From the IMG/VR virus record IMGVR_UViG_3300033067_000438, positions 1 through 36,704 of that record: DNA of 36,704 bases; one strand, given 5' to 3'. The notes under the pieces were generated by a model. The model had not been told where the DNA came from, ran no database searches, and worked only from the letters and a program-made list of their open reading frames with translations. This stretch comes from a virus. Taxonomy: Duplodnaviria > Caudoviricetes. Each line of letters starts with the position of its first letter. The first letter of the stretch is position 1. Shown one piece after another: positions 17,488 through 26,085 of the stretch. Made by a program: the position numbers and the translations under genes.

Positions 17488-18408
17488 ATGAAAAGTTTTA
17501 ATCAAGAATTGAAAGATGAAATCGTTGCGGAAATAATTAAACATAGAGAACAAGATCAAATTATTCAGGGAACTTATGGAGAGAAAATTAATGGTGTTTG
17601 GAGAGGATGCGCTGTCGGTTGCGCTATTCATTCTTTGAATTTGAAGAAAGGTAAGGATCTTGAGGTGTCATCTCATTCGGTATATGAAACAGAATTTGGT
17701 ATACCAAAAATTCTAGCAAAACTTGAAGATAGAATATTTGAGGGATTGTCTGTAGAAGATTCAAAATTATGGCCAGAGAATTTTATGTCAGCAATTCCGG
17801 TTGATTCTGATTTATCTTTGGTATGGCCTAAAATTGCTGTTTGGTTATTAACAGATGAAAAATATGGTGTTATTCAATATGCAAAAAATAAAGAAGTTAT
17901 TCAAAAAGTTTCTGATCTATATTCGGATATTATAAATGGTAAAAAAGTAAAAAAACAAGAATGGAAATTAGCGCATAAAAAAGCTGCTGATACTGCTGAT
18001 TATGCTGATGCTGCTGCTTATGCTGATGCTGCTGCTTATGCTGATGCTGCTGCTTATGCTGCTGATGCTGCTGCTGCTGCTTATGCTGATGCTGCTGCTT
18101 ATGATGCTGCTGCTTATGCTGCTGCTGCTTATGCTGATGCTGCTGCTTATGCTGATGCTGCTGCTTATGCTGTTGATGCTGCTTATGCTGCTGCTGCTTA
18201 TGCTGATGCTGCTTATGCTGCTGCTGATTATGCTGCTGCTGCTTATGCTGATGCTGCTTATGCTTATGCTGATTATGCTTATGCTGCTGATGCTGCTGCT
18301 TATGCTGCTGATGCTGCTGCTGCTGCTGCTTATGCTGCTGCTGCTAGGAAAAATTATTTTAAGATAATGTCTGAAAAACTAATTGATATATTAAAGGATG
18401 CTAAATAA
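17488..18408 (+). CDS. phage protein with an Ala/Asp/Tyr low-complexity repeat
   Basis: GGAG SD before ATG 17488; globular N-domain (QGTY...RGCAVGC...LEDRIFEGL) followed by a 121-codon A/D/Y tract. Confidence 0.85.
   Translation: MKSFNQELKDEIVAEIIKHREQDQIIQGTYGEKINGVWRGCAVGCAIHSLNLKKGKDLEVSSHSVYETEFGIPKILAKLEDRIFEGLSVEDSKLWPENFMSAIPVDSDLSLVWPKIAVWLLTDEKYGVIQYAKNKEVIQKVSDLYSDIINGKKVKKQEWKLAHKKAADTADYADAAAYADAAAYADAAAYAADAAAAAYADAAAYDAAAYAAAAYADAAAYADAAAYAVDAAYAAAAYADAAYAAADYAAAAYADAAYAYADYAYAADAAAYAADAAAAAAYAAAARKNYFKIMSEKLIDILKDAK
17983..18345 (+). repeat. imperfect GCT/GAT/TAT trinucleotide repeat tract
   Basis: 363 nt built almost only from GCT, GAT and TAT codons. Confidence 0.95.
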
Positions 18409-19347
18409 ATGACAGACTACATAAACAAAGCATCAAAGCCGAAGATTAAGCCACCGATGATTACACTCGTTGCCTTTCCTGCTGCTGGGAAAACAACGCT
18501 TGCCGCCTTATTTCCAAAGCCCATCTTTATCCAGGCAGAAGATTCTGGAACAGTGTTTGAAGTATGGCCAGAAGATAGGCAACCTTTGTTACTAAAGCAA
18601 TTACCCGAAGCTAATAAGAAACATAGCATTAGCCCAAGGCAAACAATATTTGATCAGTTACAAGAAATATATCAAGCAGATCACAATTATGAAACATTGG
18701 TAATTGACACTACAACAAGCTTGCAGGCATTATTTGAAAACGAAATTGTACGGCTTGAAGATGATGAAAAAAGCATACAAGATTGTCGCGGAGGATTCCA
18801 AAAAGCTTATGATATTGTTGCTGGATATCATAAAGAAATAATCCAGAAATGCTTGAAGATTCGCGCAAAGCGCAATATGACTATTGTGTTCTTGGCTCAT
18901 ACTGATGAATACAAGCGCAAGAATCATCCTGAGATACCAGATCCATATACTGTGTATGGTATGCGTATGCACAAGAAGTCACGCGAGTATTATATATCTG
19001 AATGCGATGCGGTGATTTACATCAAGCAACATGAAACAGTTGTTGGTTCTGAATCCGATAAAAAAGGTAAGCAAACAAAGGCAGGAAGGATTAAGAGAAG
19101 TGCTGACAGAACATTGATAACATCAAGCGATGGTGTAATGGGTTTTATTGATGCGAAGAACAGATATAACATGCCAACAGAAATTGACTTCATTCTTGAA
19201 GATCAATATAAACCTTGGGAAACAAAAAACCCATTGTTTGAATACATCCCGTTTTTTAATGGCGGAAACGTTAAGCATGAAGTAAATGAATCAATAACAC
19301 AGGAAGAAGAAAATGAACGAGAAGAAACTGAAAACAGCGATAGCTGA
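18409..19347 (+). CDS. Sak4-like AAA ATPase (AAA_24), recombination
   Basis: AFPAAGKTTLAA Walker A; TLVIDT Walker B; VFLAH; AKNRY. Confidence 0.85.
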   Translation: MTDYINKASKPKIKPPMITLVAFPAAGKTTLAALFPKPIFIQAEDSGTVFEVWPEDRQPLLLKQLPEANKKHSISPRQTIFDQLQEIYQADHNYETLVIDTTTSLQALFENEIVRLEDDEKSIQDCRGGFQKAYDIVAGYHKEIIQKCLKIRAKRNMTIVFLAHTDEYKRKNHPEIPDPYTVYGMRMHKKSREYYISECDAVIYIKQHETVVGSESDKKGKQTKAGRIKRSADRTLITSSDGVMGFIDAKNRYNMPTEIDFILEDQYKPWETKNPLFEYIPFFNGGNVKHEVNESITQEEENEREETENSDS

Positions 19348-19480
19348 GGCACGAAGGTTTTTAGTAAAGGCCCATGAGTTGGATAAGCAACAATGGAAGT
19401 ATGGTGTTACCGCAGCAGCAGTAAAACGATCGAGTATGGATTTAACAAGAGCATTGGCGGATTTGAGGAGACATGGGTAA
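19313..19480 (+). CDS. conserved small phage protein (55 aa)
   Basis: MNEKKLKTAIAEARRFL...VKRSSMDLTRALADLRRHG; not in ORF track. Confidence 0.7.
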   Translation: MNEKKLKTAIAEARRFLVKAHELDKQQWKYGVTAAAVKRSSMDLTRALADLRRHG

Positions 19481-19614
19481 TGAGTAAGAATAAAGTTCGT
19501 TTCTACTGGCCATACATTCCGCCATCGCTTGGTAATCCAATAAAAATGGAGTCATATAAACATCAATCATTATTACAATTGATTAAGAGTTTATTTATTA
19601 AAGGAACTAAATAA
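19480..19614 (+). CDS. hypothetical protein
   Basis: TAATG-coupled start inside track ORF 19393..19614. Confidence 0.5.
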   Translation: MSKNKVRFYWPYIPPSLGNPIKMESYKHQSLLQLIKSLFIKGTK

Positions 19615-19616
19615 CA

Positions 19617-19853
19617 ATGGATGAATTAACATTTGAGTTTGTGCAAAATTATGAAGTACAGGACCCGTTTTATCGTGTTTCTGATATTGATGAAGATTAT
19701 ATTTGTTTGATTGAATATGATAATGGATATTGGTTTGCTGGAAAATTCTCAACCAGATTCAGTATTAATGAGGTTTATTTGTCTGCAATTGCAAATAAAC
19801 TTGACGAACTAAACGAATCAACACGCAATCAACGTATTTTTAACTGGTTTTAA
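19617..19853 (+). CDS. hypothetical protein
   Basis: 78 aa, AAGGA SD. Confidence 0.7.
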   Translation: MDELTFEFVQNYEVQDPFYRVSDIDEDYICLIEYDNGYWFAGKFSTRFSINEVYLSAIANKLDELNESTRNQRIFNWF

Positions 19854-19865
19854 AAGGAGAAGCAA

Positions 19866-20426
19866 ATGGCACGAGATTTTTGGAGTGATATTGATGAATC
19901 AGATGGTGAGTACGAACCGCCAAAGTTTGAGCTGTTACCGGAAGGCGAAAGAGTTCAAGCAAATATTCTTAAAGCAGAATGGAAAACAGTTGAGGATTTT
20001 AAGACTAAAGAAGATGACAGAATAATCTCTATTCTAATTGAGGTTGAATCTGGCGAATATAAAGGTAGGAATCTGTTCGGCTCCTTGAAAGTTTATAATC
20101 CAGATAGCAAGCGTGCTGAGCGTGACAAGACAATGCTGGCCGCCATTGACAAGAATGCCGGAGGTAAACTCAGGGCATTGGGACGCGAACCTGATGACGA
20201 TGATCTACAAAAATATCTTGTGAATAAGTCAATGGTATTTGTTGTTGGTCTTATGGAAAATGGCGGAAAAGACGGCAAGGGCATGAATTATCTGCAAGGT
20301 GTTTCTTCTGGCAAGAGCAAATCATCTCAGCCAGCTCAGAAGCGTGAAGAAGTTCAACAATCAAGTAAAGCGCAATCCAAGTCAAGAGCCGTTGATTTAG
20401 ATGAGGACATGGACCTTCCGTTCTGA
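19866..20426 (+). CDS. single-stranded DNA-binding protein (DUF669-like)
   Basis: FELLPEG...I..AEWK...GEYKGR.LF; acidic tail DEDMDLPF; near Sak4-like ATPase. Confidence 0.85.
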   Translation: MARDFWSDIDESDGEYEPPKFELLPEGERVQANILKAEWKTVEDFKTKEDDRIISILIEVESGEYKGRNLFGSLKVYNPDSKRAERDKTMLAAIDKNAGGKLRALGREPDDDDLQKYLVNKSMVFVVGLMENGGKDGKGMNYLQGVSSGKSKSSQPAQKREEVQQSSKAQSKSRAVDLDEDMDLPF

Positions 20427-20450
20427 TATTAGTTAATTAAATCAACAACT

Positions 20451-20476
20451 TAGCCGCATATAACGCGGCTATTTTT
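20451..20476 (+). terminator. Rho-independent terminator
   Basis: TAGCCGC-ATATAAC-GCGGCTA-TTTTT after ssb. Confidence 0.8.
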
Positions 20477-20487
20477 AACAAACAAAT

Positions 20488-20982
20488 ATGGATATACAAC
20501 AAAAGCAAATCAACTGGATGATAAGTTTTGGTGTAATGAAAGTTCCGCCGGAATCCATATATCAGGAGATTATCAAGCAAGCAGAAACACCATACAAAGA
20601 ACCAAAGATAAGGCCGTCTCGTGGTGGAGAAGGATTTGACTGGACACCAATTAAACGCGGTCTCAGGAAAATGGAAAAGGCAATATACGTTATTCTGAAA
20701 CGTGGCGATATTGTTACAGCACAAGAAGCTTATGAAATATTGCTTGAAAGAGATTTTATTCCGATTAGTGTTTATAACAGAAAGATGAGTTTGAATCGCT
20801 TCAATTTCTACTATCACAAGATTAGAAAAGAGCATGGCATTGATGATGGTAGATTGTATAAGATCAATTTCATCAAAGCAAACTATCAAGAAAAAACACC
20901 TGAATCAATGGCGATATTATTAAGCACAACAACAAACTACGTTAAACAAGTTATTAGACAAATTAAAAAGGGATTAAAATGA
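20488..20982 (+). CDS. hypothetical basic protein, possible C-terminal HTH
   Basis: 164 aa; TPESMAILLSTTTNYVKQV at the C-terminus. Confidence 0.65.
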   Translation: MDIQQKQINWMISFGVMKVPPESIYQEIIKQAETPYKEPKIRPSRGGEGFDWTPIKRGLRKMEKAIYVILKRGDIVTAQEAYEILLERDFIPISVYNRKMSLNRFNFYYHKIRKEHGIDDGRLYKINFIKANYQEKTPESMAILLSTTTNYVKQVIRQIKKGLK

Positions 20983-21902
20983 CAACTGATATTATAGTAC
21001 AACTACCAAAACAAGATGCATTGCAAGTGTTCGTTACTGATGGCGGTATTGATCCATACATCGAGAAGATACGCGAAGAGGCATTATCATTAGTGCCTGA
21101 CATAAGCACCAAGAAGGGGCGCGCAGAAATTGCCAGTATGGCTGCTAAGGTTGCAAGATCAAAAACATATCTTGAAGATGCCGGAAAACAACTGTGCGAT
21201 CAAGAGCGTGCAAAAATTGATTTAACATTATCCGCTGTGATGGCATCAAGAAAACTCATCAAACAGAAACTTGATGATCTGCGTGATGAGGTTCGTAAGC
21301 CATTAACAGATTGGGAGAATGCCGAAGCAGAACGTAAAGGAAAGATTGAATCACGCATTGAAGCAATGAAGCGGTTGCCAGAAATTGGCAGCGACTTGAT
21401 TGCGCTACAAAAACATTTGAAGCGCCTGGAATCAACTGAGATTGATGAATCTTTTGGTGAGTATACTGCTGATGCTGCCATTGCCAGAACTCACGCAATA
21501 CGTGACTGTAACATTCGTATTAATAATCAAATCAAGATTGAACAAGACCTGAAAGAACTCGAAGAATTGCGTATCAAGAATGCCGCACAAGAACAAAAAG
21601 ATCGTGAAGATGAAATAGCAAAACAAGCCGCATATATTGCAACACAAAAAGCAGAGCGCGAAGCACAAGCAAAGATTGATGAGGCTAATACTATTATTGA
21701 GCGTGAACGTGCAGCAAAAGAAGAAAAAGCCAAAGCCGATGCAGAAGAAAACGCACGCATAGCTGATGCAGAATACCGTCAACGTGTTATTGAGGAGTCT
21801 ATCCAATCATTAGTTGATAATGGTTTTGGTAATGTTGAATCTGGTGTATTAATTGGCCTAATACTGGATGGTGTAATTAAAAACATCTTCATTAAATTTT
21901 AA
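20979..21902 (+). CDS. conserved coiled-coil phage protein (often labelled TolA-like)
   Basis: VPDISTKKGRAEIASMAAKVARSKT...LDDLRDEVRKPLTDWE; long Ala/Glu/Lys helix. Confidence 0.8.
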   Translation: MTTDIIVQLPKQDALQVFVTDGGIDPYIEKIREEALSLVPDISTKKGRAEIASMAAKVARSKTYLEDAGKQLCDQERAKIDLTLSAVMASRKLIKQKLDDLRDEVRKPLTDWENAEAERKGKIESRIEAMKRLPEIGSDLIALQKHLKRLESTEIDESFGEYTADAAIARTHAIRDCNIRINNQIKIEQDLKELEELRIKNAAQEQKDREDEIAKQAAYIATQKAEREAQAKIDEANTIIERERAAKEEKAKADAEENARIADAEYRQRVIEESIQSLVDNGFGNVESGVLIGLILDGVIKNIFIKF

Positions 21903-21911
21903 GGAAAAATC

Positions 21912-22568
21912 ATGGCCACAAGAATAAAATATGAAATAGGTGGGAAAGTTGTTCCGTCACTAAACAAGATACTTGACAACTGCAAAATTGGCGGGATAGG
22001 TAACTTGCTTTATCGTGCTAATCAAGCCGGTTTATCAGGAAGGCAACTCAAGGATGCCGGTGAAGATAATACTAATGCTGGATGGTTGGCGTTTAAGCGT
22101 ATTGATATGATATTAAATAATACAGATATTGATATTGATCTTTACTCTGATTCTTGTATTGATAGATCAGAAAATTGCGTTGAAAGTGCTATGGATTGGG
22201 TTAATAACAATGAATGTACAAAAATAATAAAAAACCTAACACTCGTATCTGAGTCACTTGAATATGGCGATACGTTCGATGTCTTCTCAACAAAAGATCA
22301 TCCATGCTGTTTGGTGATGCCGCTTATTCAAAACGAAGTATATCCAGAGAATTTAATACGCCTTGCGGCAAGAGTTAATCTGCTCAGAGAAAATGGAATC
22401 GGCGATGTGACAATGGCATATATTCTTCGCGTGAACAACCCCAAAGATATTAATGATCCTGTCGTACTTGATGTGCGTGAGTATGATGAGTTTGAATATC
22501 CGTTAGAAGTGTTTCATGCTATGAGAGAAATTTATACGATGCAGGATGTTTTGAAGACTTTGGTATGA
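21912..22568 (+). CDS. PD-(D/E)XK/RecB-like exonuclease homolog, catalytic motif apparently lost
   Basis: VPS..KIL, LVSE.LEYG.T.D and YPE.LI.LAA scaffold, but no D-x-K. Confidence 0.55.
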   Translation: MATRIKYEIGGKVVPSLNKILDNCKIGGIGNLLYRANQAGLSGRQLKDAGEDNTNAGWLAFKRIDMILNNTDIDIDLYSDSCIDRSENCVESAMDWVNNNECTKIIKNLTLVSESLEYGDTFDVFSTKDHPCCLVMPLIQNEVYPENLIRLAARVNLLRENGIGDVTMAYILRVNNPKDINDPVVLDVREYDEFEYPLEVFHAMREIYTMQDVLKTLV

Positions 22569-22587
22569 TTAATGTATAATAACACAA

Positions 22588-22665
22588 GCGGATAGTAGGC
22601 ATACGATAAGCCAGCTAGTCACTGGTTTCCGCGCTTTAAATTGACTATCAACTACACTTAGACTG
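22588..22665 (+). ncRNA. structured 5' leader (three-way junction with pseudoknot) of the HNH gene
   Basis: GCGGA/TCCGC closing stem, GTA-GGCA-TAC hairpin, AGCCAG/CTGGTT stem whose loop TAGTCA is complementary to TGACTA (22642-22647). TATAAT at 22575-22580. Confidence 0.55.
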
Positions 22666-23346
22666 ATGCGTATCTTGGTTTTATCTAATAGAAAACAATC
22701 AAAGTTAAATAACTTAATTTATTACTTTACTGGGAAAAAATGCAAGAATAATCATATAAGCAATAGACTTACATCTACCGGGCAATGTAGAGAGTGTTTA
22801 AAAGCAAGAGATGAAAAAATAAAAAACAATAAAATATTAAGAGACAAAAAAAATCTAAGAAACAATATATGGAGAAAAAATAATTCAGAAAAAACAAAAA
22901 ATTATTCTAAAAAATATTATTCTTACAAAGAAAATATTAACAAAAGAAATATAAGAAATAAGATATTTCATGAGAAATATAAAAAAGATATAGAATTTCT
23001 TAAAAAGAAAAGAGAAATAGCTTTGCTATGGCAGATAAATAATAAGGAAAGATCAAATGCAATAAAGAGAAACAGAAGATCAAAAATAAAAAATGCAGAA
23101 GGGAGTCATGATTACAGAGATATTATAGAAATATTAATTAAACAAGATTGGCTTTGTGCTGAGGCAACTTGTAGAAAAGATATATCACATGATAAATATC
23201 ATGTTGATCATATCATGCCGATATCATTAGGAGGAAGTAACTGGCCTGAAAATCTTCAGTGTTTATGTCCGCCATGTAATTTAAGAAAAAGTTACAAACA
23301 TCCAGATGTATGGAATGCTGAAAACGGAAGATTTTTAAATGAATAA
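22666..23346 (+). CDS. free-standing HNH endonuclease
   Basis: HVDHIMPISLGGSNWPENLQCLCPPCNLRK; N-terminal YFTGK.C..NH...C..C; A-rich composition unlike neighbours. Confidence 0.92.
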   Translation: MRILVLSNRKQSKLNNLIYYFTGKKCKNNHISNRLTSTGQCRECLKARDEKIKNNKILRDKKNLRNNIWRKNNSEKTKNYSKKYYSYKENINKRNIRNKIFHEKYKKDIEFLKKKREIALLWQINNKERSNAIKRNRRSKIKNAEGSHDYRDIIEILIKQDWLCAEATCRKDISHDKYHVDHIMPISLGGSNWPENLQCLCPPCNLRKSYKHPDVWNAENGRFLNE

Positions 23347-25195
23347 ACTAAGGCCATATCAACAAAATGCACATGATGCTGCAATATCATGGATAAAGAG
23401 AAATACTGCTCCGGCATTAATTGAAGCGGCAACCGGAGCTGGAAAGAGTCACATGATAGCTGCTACTGCTGAAACATTTTACAATATATCAGGTAAATAT
23501 GTTTTATGCACAGCTCCAAGTGCTGAACTTGTAGAACAGAATCACGCTAAGTTTGTTGCAACAGGAAATAAAGCTAGTATTTTTAGTGCTTCTCTTGGGA
23601 TAAAATCATTGCGTTATCCTGTAGTTTTCGGCACTCCTGGTTCAATAAAGAATAGTATTAGTAAATTCGGCTCAAAGTTTGGATTAATTATTCCTGATGA
23701 ATGCGATGGAATAACTCCAACAATGAGGTTTATTATTGAAGCGATCAGAAAGGAAAACTACAATCTTAGAGAGATAGGCTTTACCGCAACTCCTTACAGA
23801 CTTGGCACTGGATTAATCTATGCAATGGATGAGAATGGAAAAATGTCATCTCCAAGTGAGTGTAGAGATCCATATTTCACCAAGAAAATATATACAATAA
23901 GGGCGAGAGAATTAATCTCTCAAGGGTATCTTACTAATCCAGTTATTGGTGCTATTCATGGCGATCATTACGATACCATGAATATGAAAATAAATGGAAT
24001 GGGAAAATTCTTTCCTGCTGATATTGATAAAGCATTTGTTGGACACGACCGCAAGACCTCGAGAATAGTTCATGATGTGATAGAGCAATCACAATATCGT
24101 CGTGGAGTTATGATATTTGCTGCAACAGTGCAACATGCAATTGAGATCATGGCTTCACTTCCAAAAGAATTGAGCCGTATGATTGGCGGAAAGATCAACA
24201 CTGGAACACAAGAAAGAAGAATATTTGTTTCTGATTTTAAACAAATGAAGTTCAAATATCTTGTTTCAGTGGGGACTATGAATGTTGGAGTTGATTTTAC
24301 TCATGTTGATGTAATTGTATTTATGCGATCAATGGAATCAATAAGGCTTATGCAACAAATGGCTGGGCGTGGTTCTCGTGTTGAGTATGCAGAGGGATAC
24401 CCAATAGATACAATTGAAGAAAGATTGTTATCTATATTATCTGGTCCAAAGAAAGATTTTTTGATTCTTGATTATGGTGAGAACTTCGAACGTCATTGTG
24501 GCGATTCTGGCGATCTATACAATCCTAAAATAGAAGCAACAAAGGCACCTGGTGGAAAGGGAGGTTTGGTTGTTAAGTGTGAGCTATGCCAAGTAGAAAA
24601 TGAAGTAACAGCAAGACCTAATGATGATGGTTTTGGTATTGATGAGTATGGTTATTTTGTTGATCTTGATGGAAATAGAGTTTTAACAGATGATAAACAA
24701 CATTTCCCGGCTCATTTTTCTAGGAGATGCTATGCGTTACACAGACAATCTAATGGTAAATATGAAAGATGTGATTATTATTGGAGTTATAAAGAATGTC
24801 CTGAGTGTAAAGAGAAGAATGATATTGCTGCTAGATACTGTGGAGAATGTAAATTTGAGCTGATAGATCCTAACAAGAAATTAGTTGACGATTTTAGATC
24901 AAGGAAGCGTGATCCATATCAAATGCAATGTGATAAAGTACTGGCTTGGAGTTTTGATAAAACATTATCTGCCGCAGGTAACGAAGTATTAAAGGTTTAC
25001 TTCACAACTGAACACAGATCATTCACGTGTTGGTTCCAGGTGCGTAGCAACAAGGCATACTTTATTAAGCAATATGAATCTTTAGTAAAGGCTACTGATG
25101 GATTGGATCATCCGCCTGATACGGTAACATATAAAAAAGAAGAAAGTGGTTTTTATTCGGTATATGCGTTTAATCAAGATGAGGATAGACTATGA
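23339..25195 (+). CDS. superfamily 2 DNA helicase (RadD/YejH-like) with C-terminal Zn fingers
   Basis: LRPYQ, ATGAGKS, DECD, GFTATPYR, QMAGRGSR, CPEC...CGEC. Confidence 0.92.
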   Translation: MNKLRPYQQNAHDAAISWIKRNTAPALIEAATGAGKSHMIAATAETFYNISGKYVLCTAPSAELVEQNHAKFVATGNKASIFSASLGIKSLRYPVVFGTPGSIKNSISKFGSKFGLIIPDECDGITPTMRFIIEAIRKENYNLREIGFTATPYRLGTGLIYAMDENGKMSSPSECRDPYFTKKIYTIRARELISQGYLTNPVIGAIHGDHYDTMNMKINGMGKFFPADIDKAFVGHDRKTSRIVHDVIEQSQYRRGVMIFAATVQHAIEIMASLPKELSRMIGGKINTGTQERRIFVSDFKQMKFKYLVSVGTMNVGVDFTHVDVIVFMRSMESIRLMQQMAGRGSRVEYAEGYPIDTIEERLLSILSGPKKDFLILDYGENFERHCGDSGDLYNPKIEATKAPGGKGGLVVKCELCQVENEVTARPNDDGFGIDEYGYFVDLDGNRVLTDDKQHFPAHFSRRCYALHRQSNGKYERCDYYWSYKECPECKEKNDIAARYCGECKFELIDPNKKLVDDFRSRKRDPYQMQCDKVLAWSFDKTLSAAGNEVLKVYFTTEHRSFTCWFQVRSNKAYFIKQYESLVKATDGLDHPPDTVTYKKEESGFYSVYAFNQDEDRL

Positions 25196-25389
25196 AATAC
25201 AGAATAATAGCAGAATCAGAAGATGAGGAATTAGCTGAATTGGAGTTTGATTCAGAACGTGGAAGTGTTGGTTTTTCGTATTCAATAAAGGATTCATTTT
25301 TAACTCAAGCTCTATTCGATGATTGTGTGGACGCTATTGAATCGGCAATCAATCCATCAAGATACAAATACAAGAATACTTTGCATTGA
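25192..25389 (+). CDS. hypothetical protein
   Basis: 65 aa, GAGG SD. Confidence 0.65.
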   Translation: MKYRIIAESEDEELAELEFDSERGSVGFSYSIKDSFLTQALFDDCVDAIESAINPSRYKYKNTLH

Positions 25390-25390
25390 T

Positions 25391-25807
25391 ATGAAAATAC
25401 CAGAATCTATACGTGTATATGGAGATATAAAGTTCAGAGGAAAATGTCCAAGAGAAAGTTTGGAGCAAATTACTTTTGTAAATATGGTAAGGGATCAATA
25501 TCCAGATACTCACGGCCTAACTTTATTTCACGCAAAGAATGAATCCAAATTAATAAGAGGGCAATTTCATGCTATCAATAAAGACAAAGCTATGGGAATG
25601 GTTAAAGGGTGCCCGGATATTCACGATCATGGTAACCCATCATTCTGTATGGAAATAAAAAGGCAAGATCATACTCAATCTGTTCTTGAAGATGAGCAGC
25701 TATCGTACCTAATAGCAGCTCAGAAGCAAGGTGCTTTTTGTTGCATAGCTCTAGGCCATGATGCCGCAATGGAAGCATTTAACGATTGGCGTAAACTTTT
25801 AACTTGA
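25391..25807 (+). CDS. VRR-NUC domain nuclease
   Basis: E..EQ..F; HAKNE; GMVKGCPD; MEIKR; EQ..YL. Confidence 0.85.
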   Translation: MKIPESIRVYGDIKFRGKCPRESLEQITFVNMVRDQYPDTHGLTLFHAKNESKLIRGQFHAINKDKAMGMVKGCPDIHDHGNPSFCMEIKRQDHTQSVLEDEQLSYLIAAQKQGAFCCIALGHDAAMEAFNDWRKLLT

Positions 25808-25831
25808 TATATTTTGTGATTGGTTTATAAT
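25804..25831 (+). promoter_or_regulatory. sigma70-like promoter
   Basis: TTGATA-N16-TATAAT. Confidence 0.6.
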
Positions 25832-25857
25832 TAAATTTATTTAATAAGGAATAGAAA

Positions 25858-26085
25858 ATGACATTTTATATAAACAGCAACCTGTCACCAACAGAAGCGA
25901 TAAGTATGTACAAAGAACTACAAGTTCATCCGATCATTGAGCAATGGGCTGAAATTGCTGAGAGATATGAAGGTAATGAATGTCCAATAACAAATGAAGA
26001 TATTCAAAGAATAATTGATGACAAAACATTGACAAGCGCTAAGAAAGTTAAAGAAGCTTTGATGGAATTTTTAACCTATGAATGA
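25858..26085 (+). CDS. hypothetical protein
   Basis: 75 aa, AAGGA SD. Confidence 0.7.
   Translation: MTFYINSNLSPTEAISMYKELQVHPIIEQWAEIAERYEGNECPITNEDIQRIIDDKTLTSAKKVKEALMEFLTYE

Noticed and set aside
18002-18367. 121-aa poly-Leu/Met ORF
   Set aside because: It is the shifted-frame reading of the GCT/GAT/TAT repeat and has no SD
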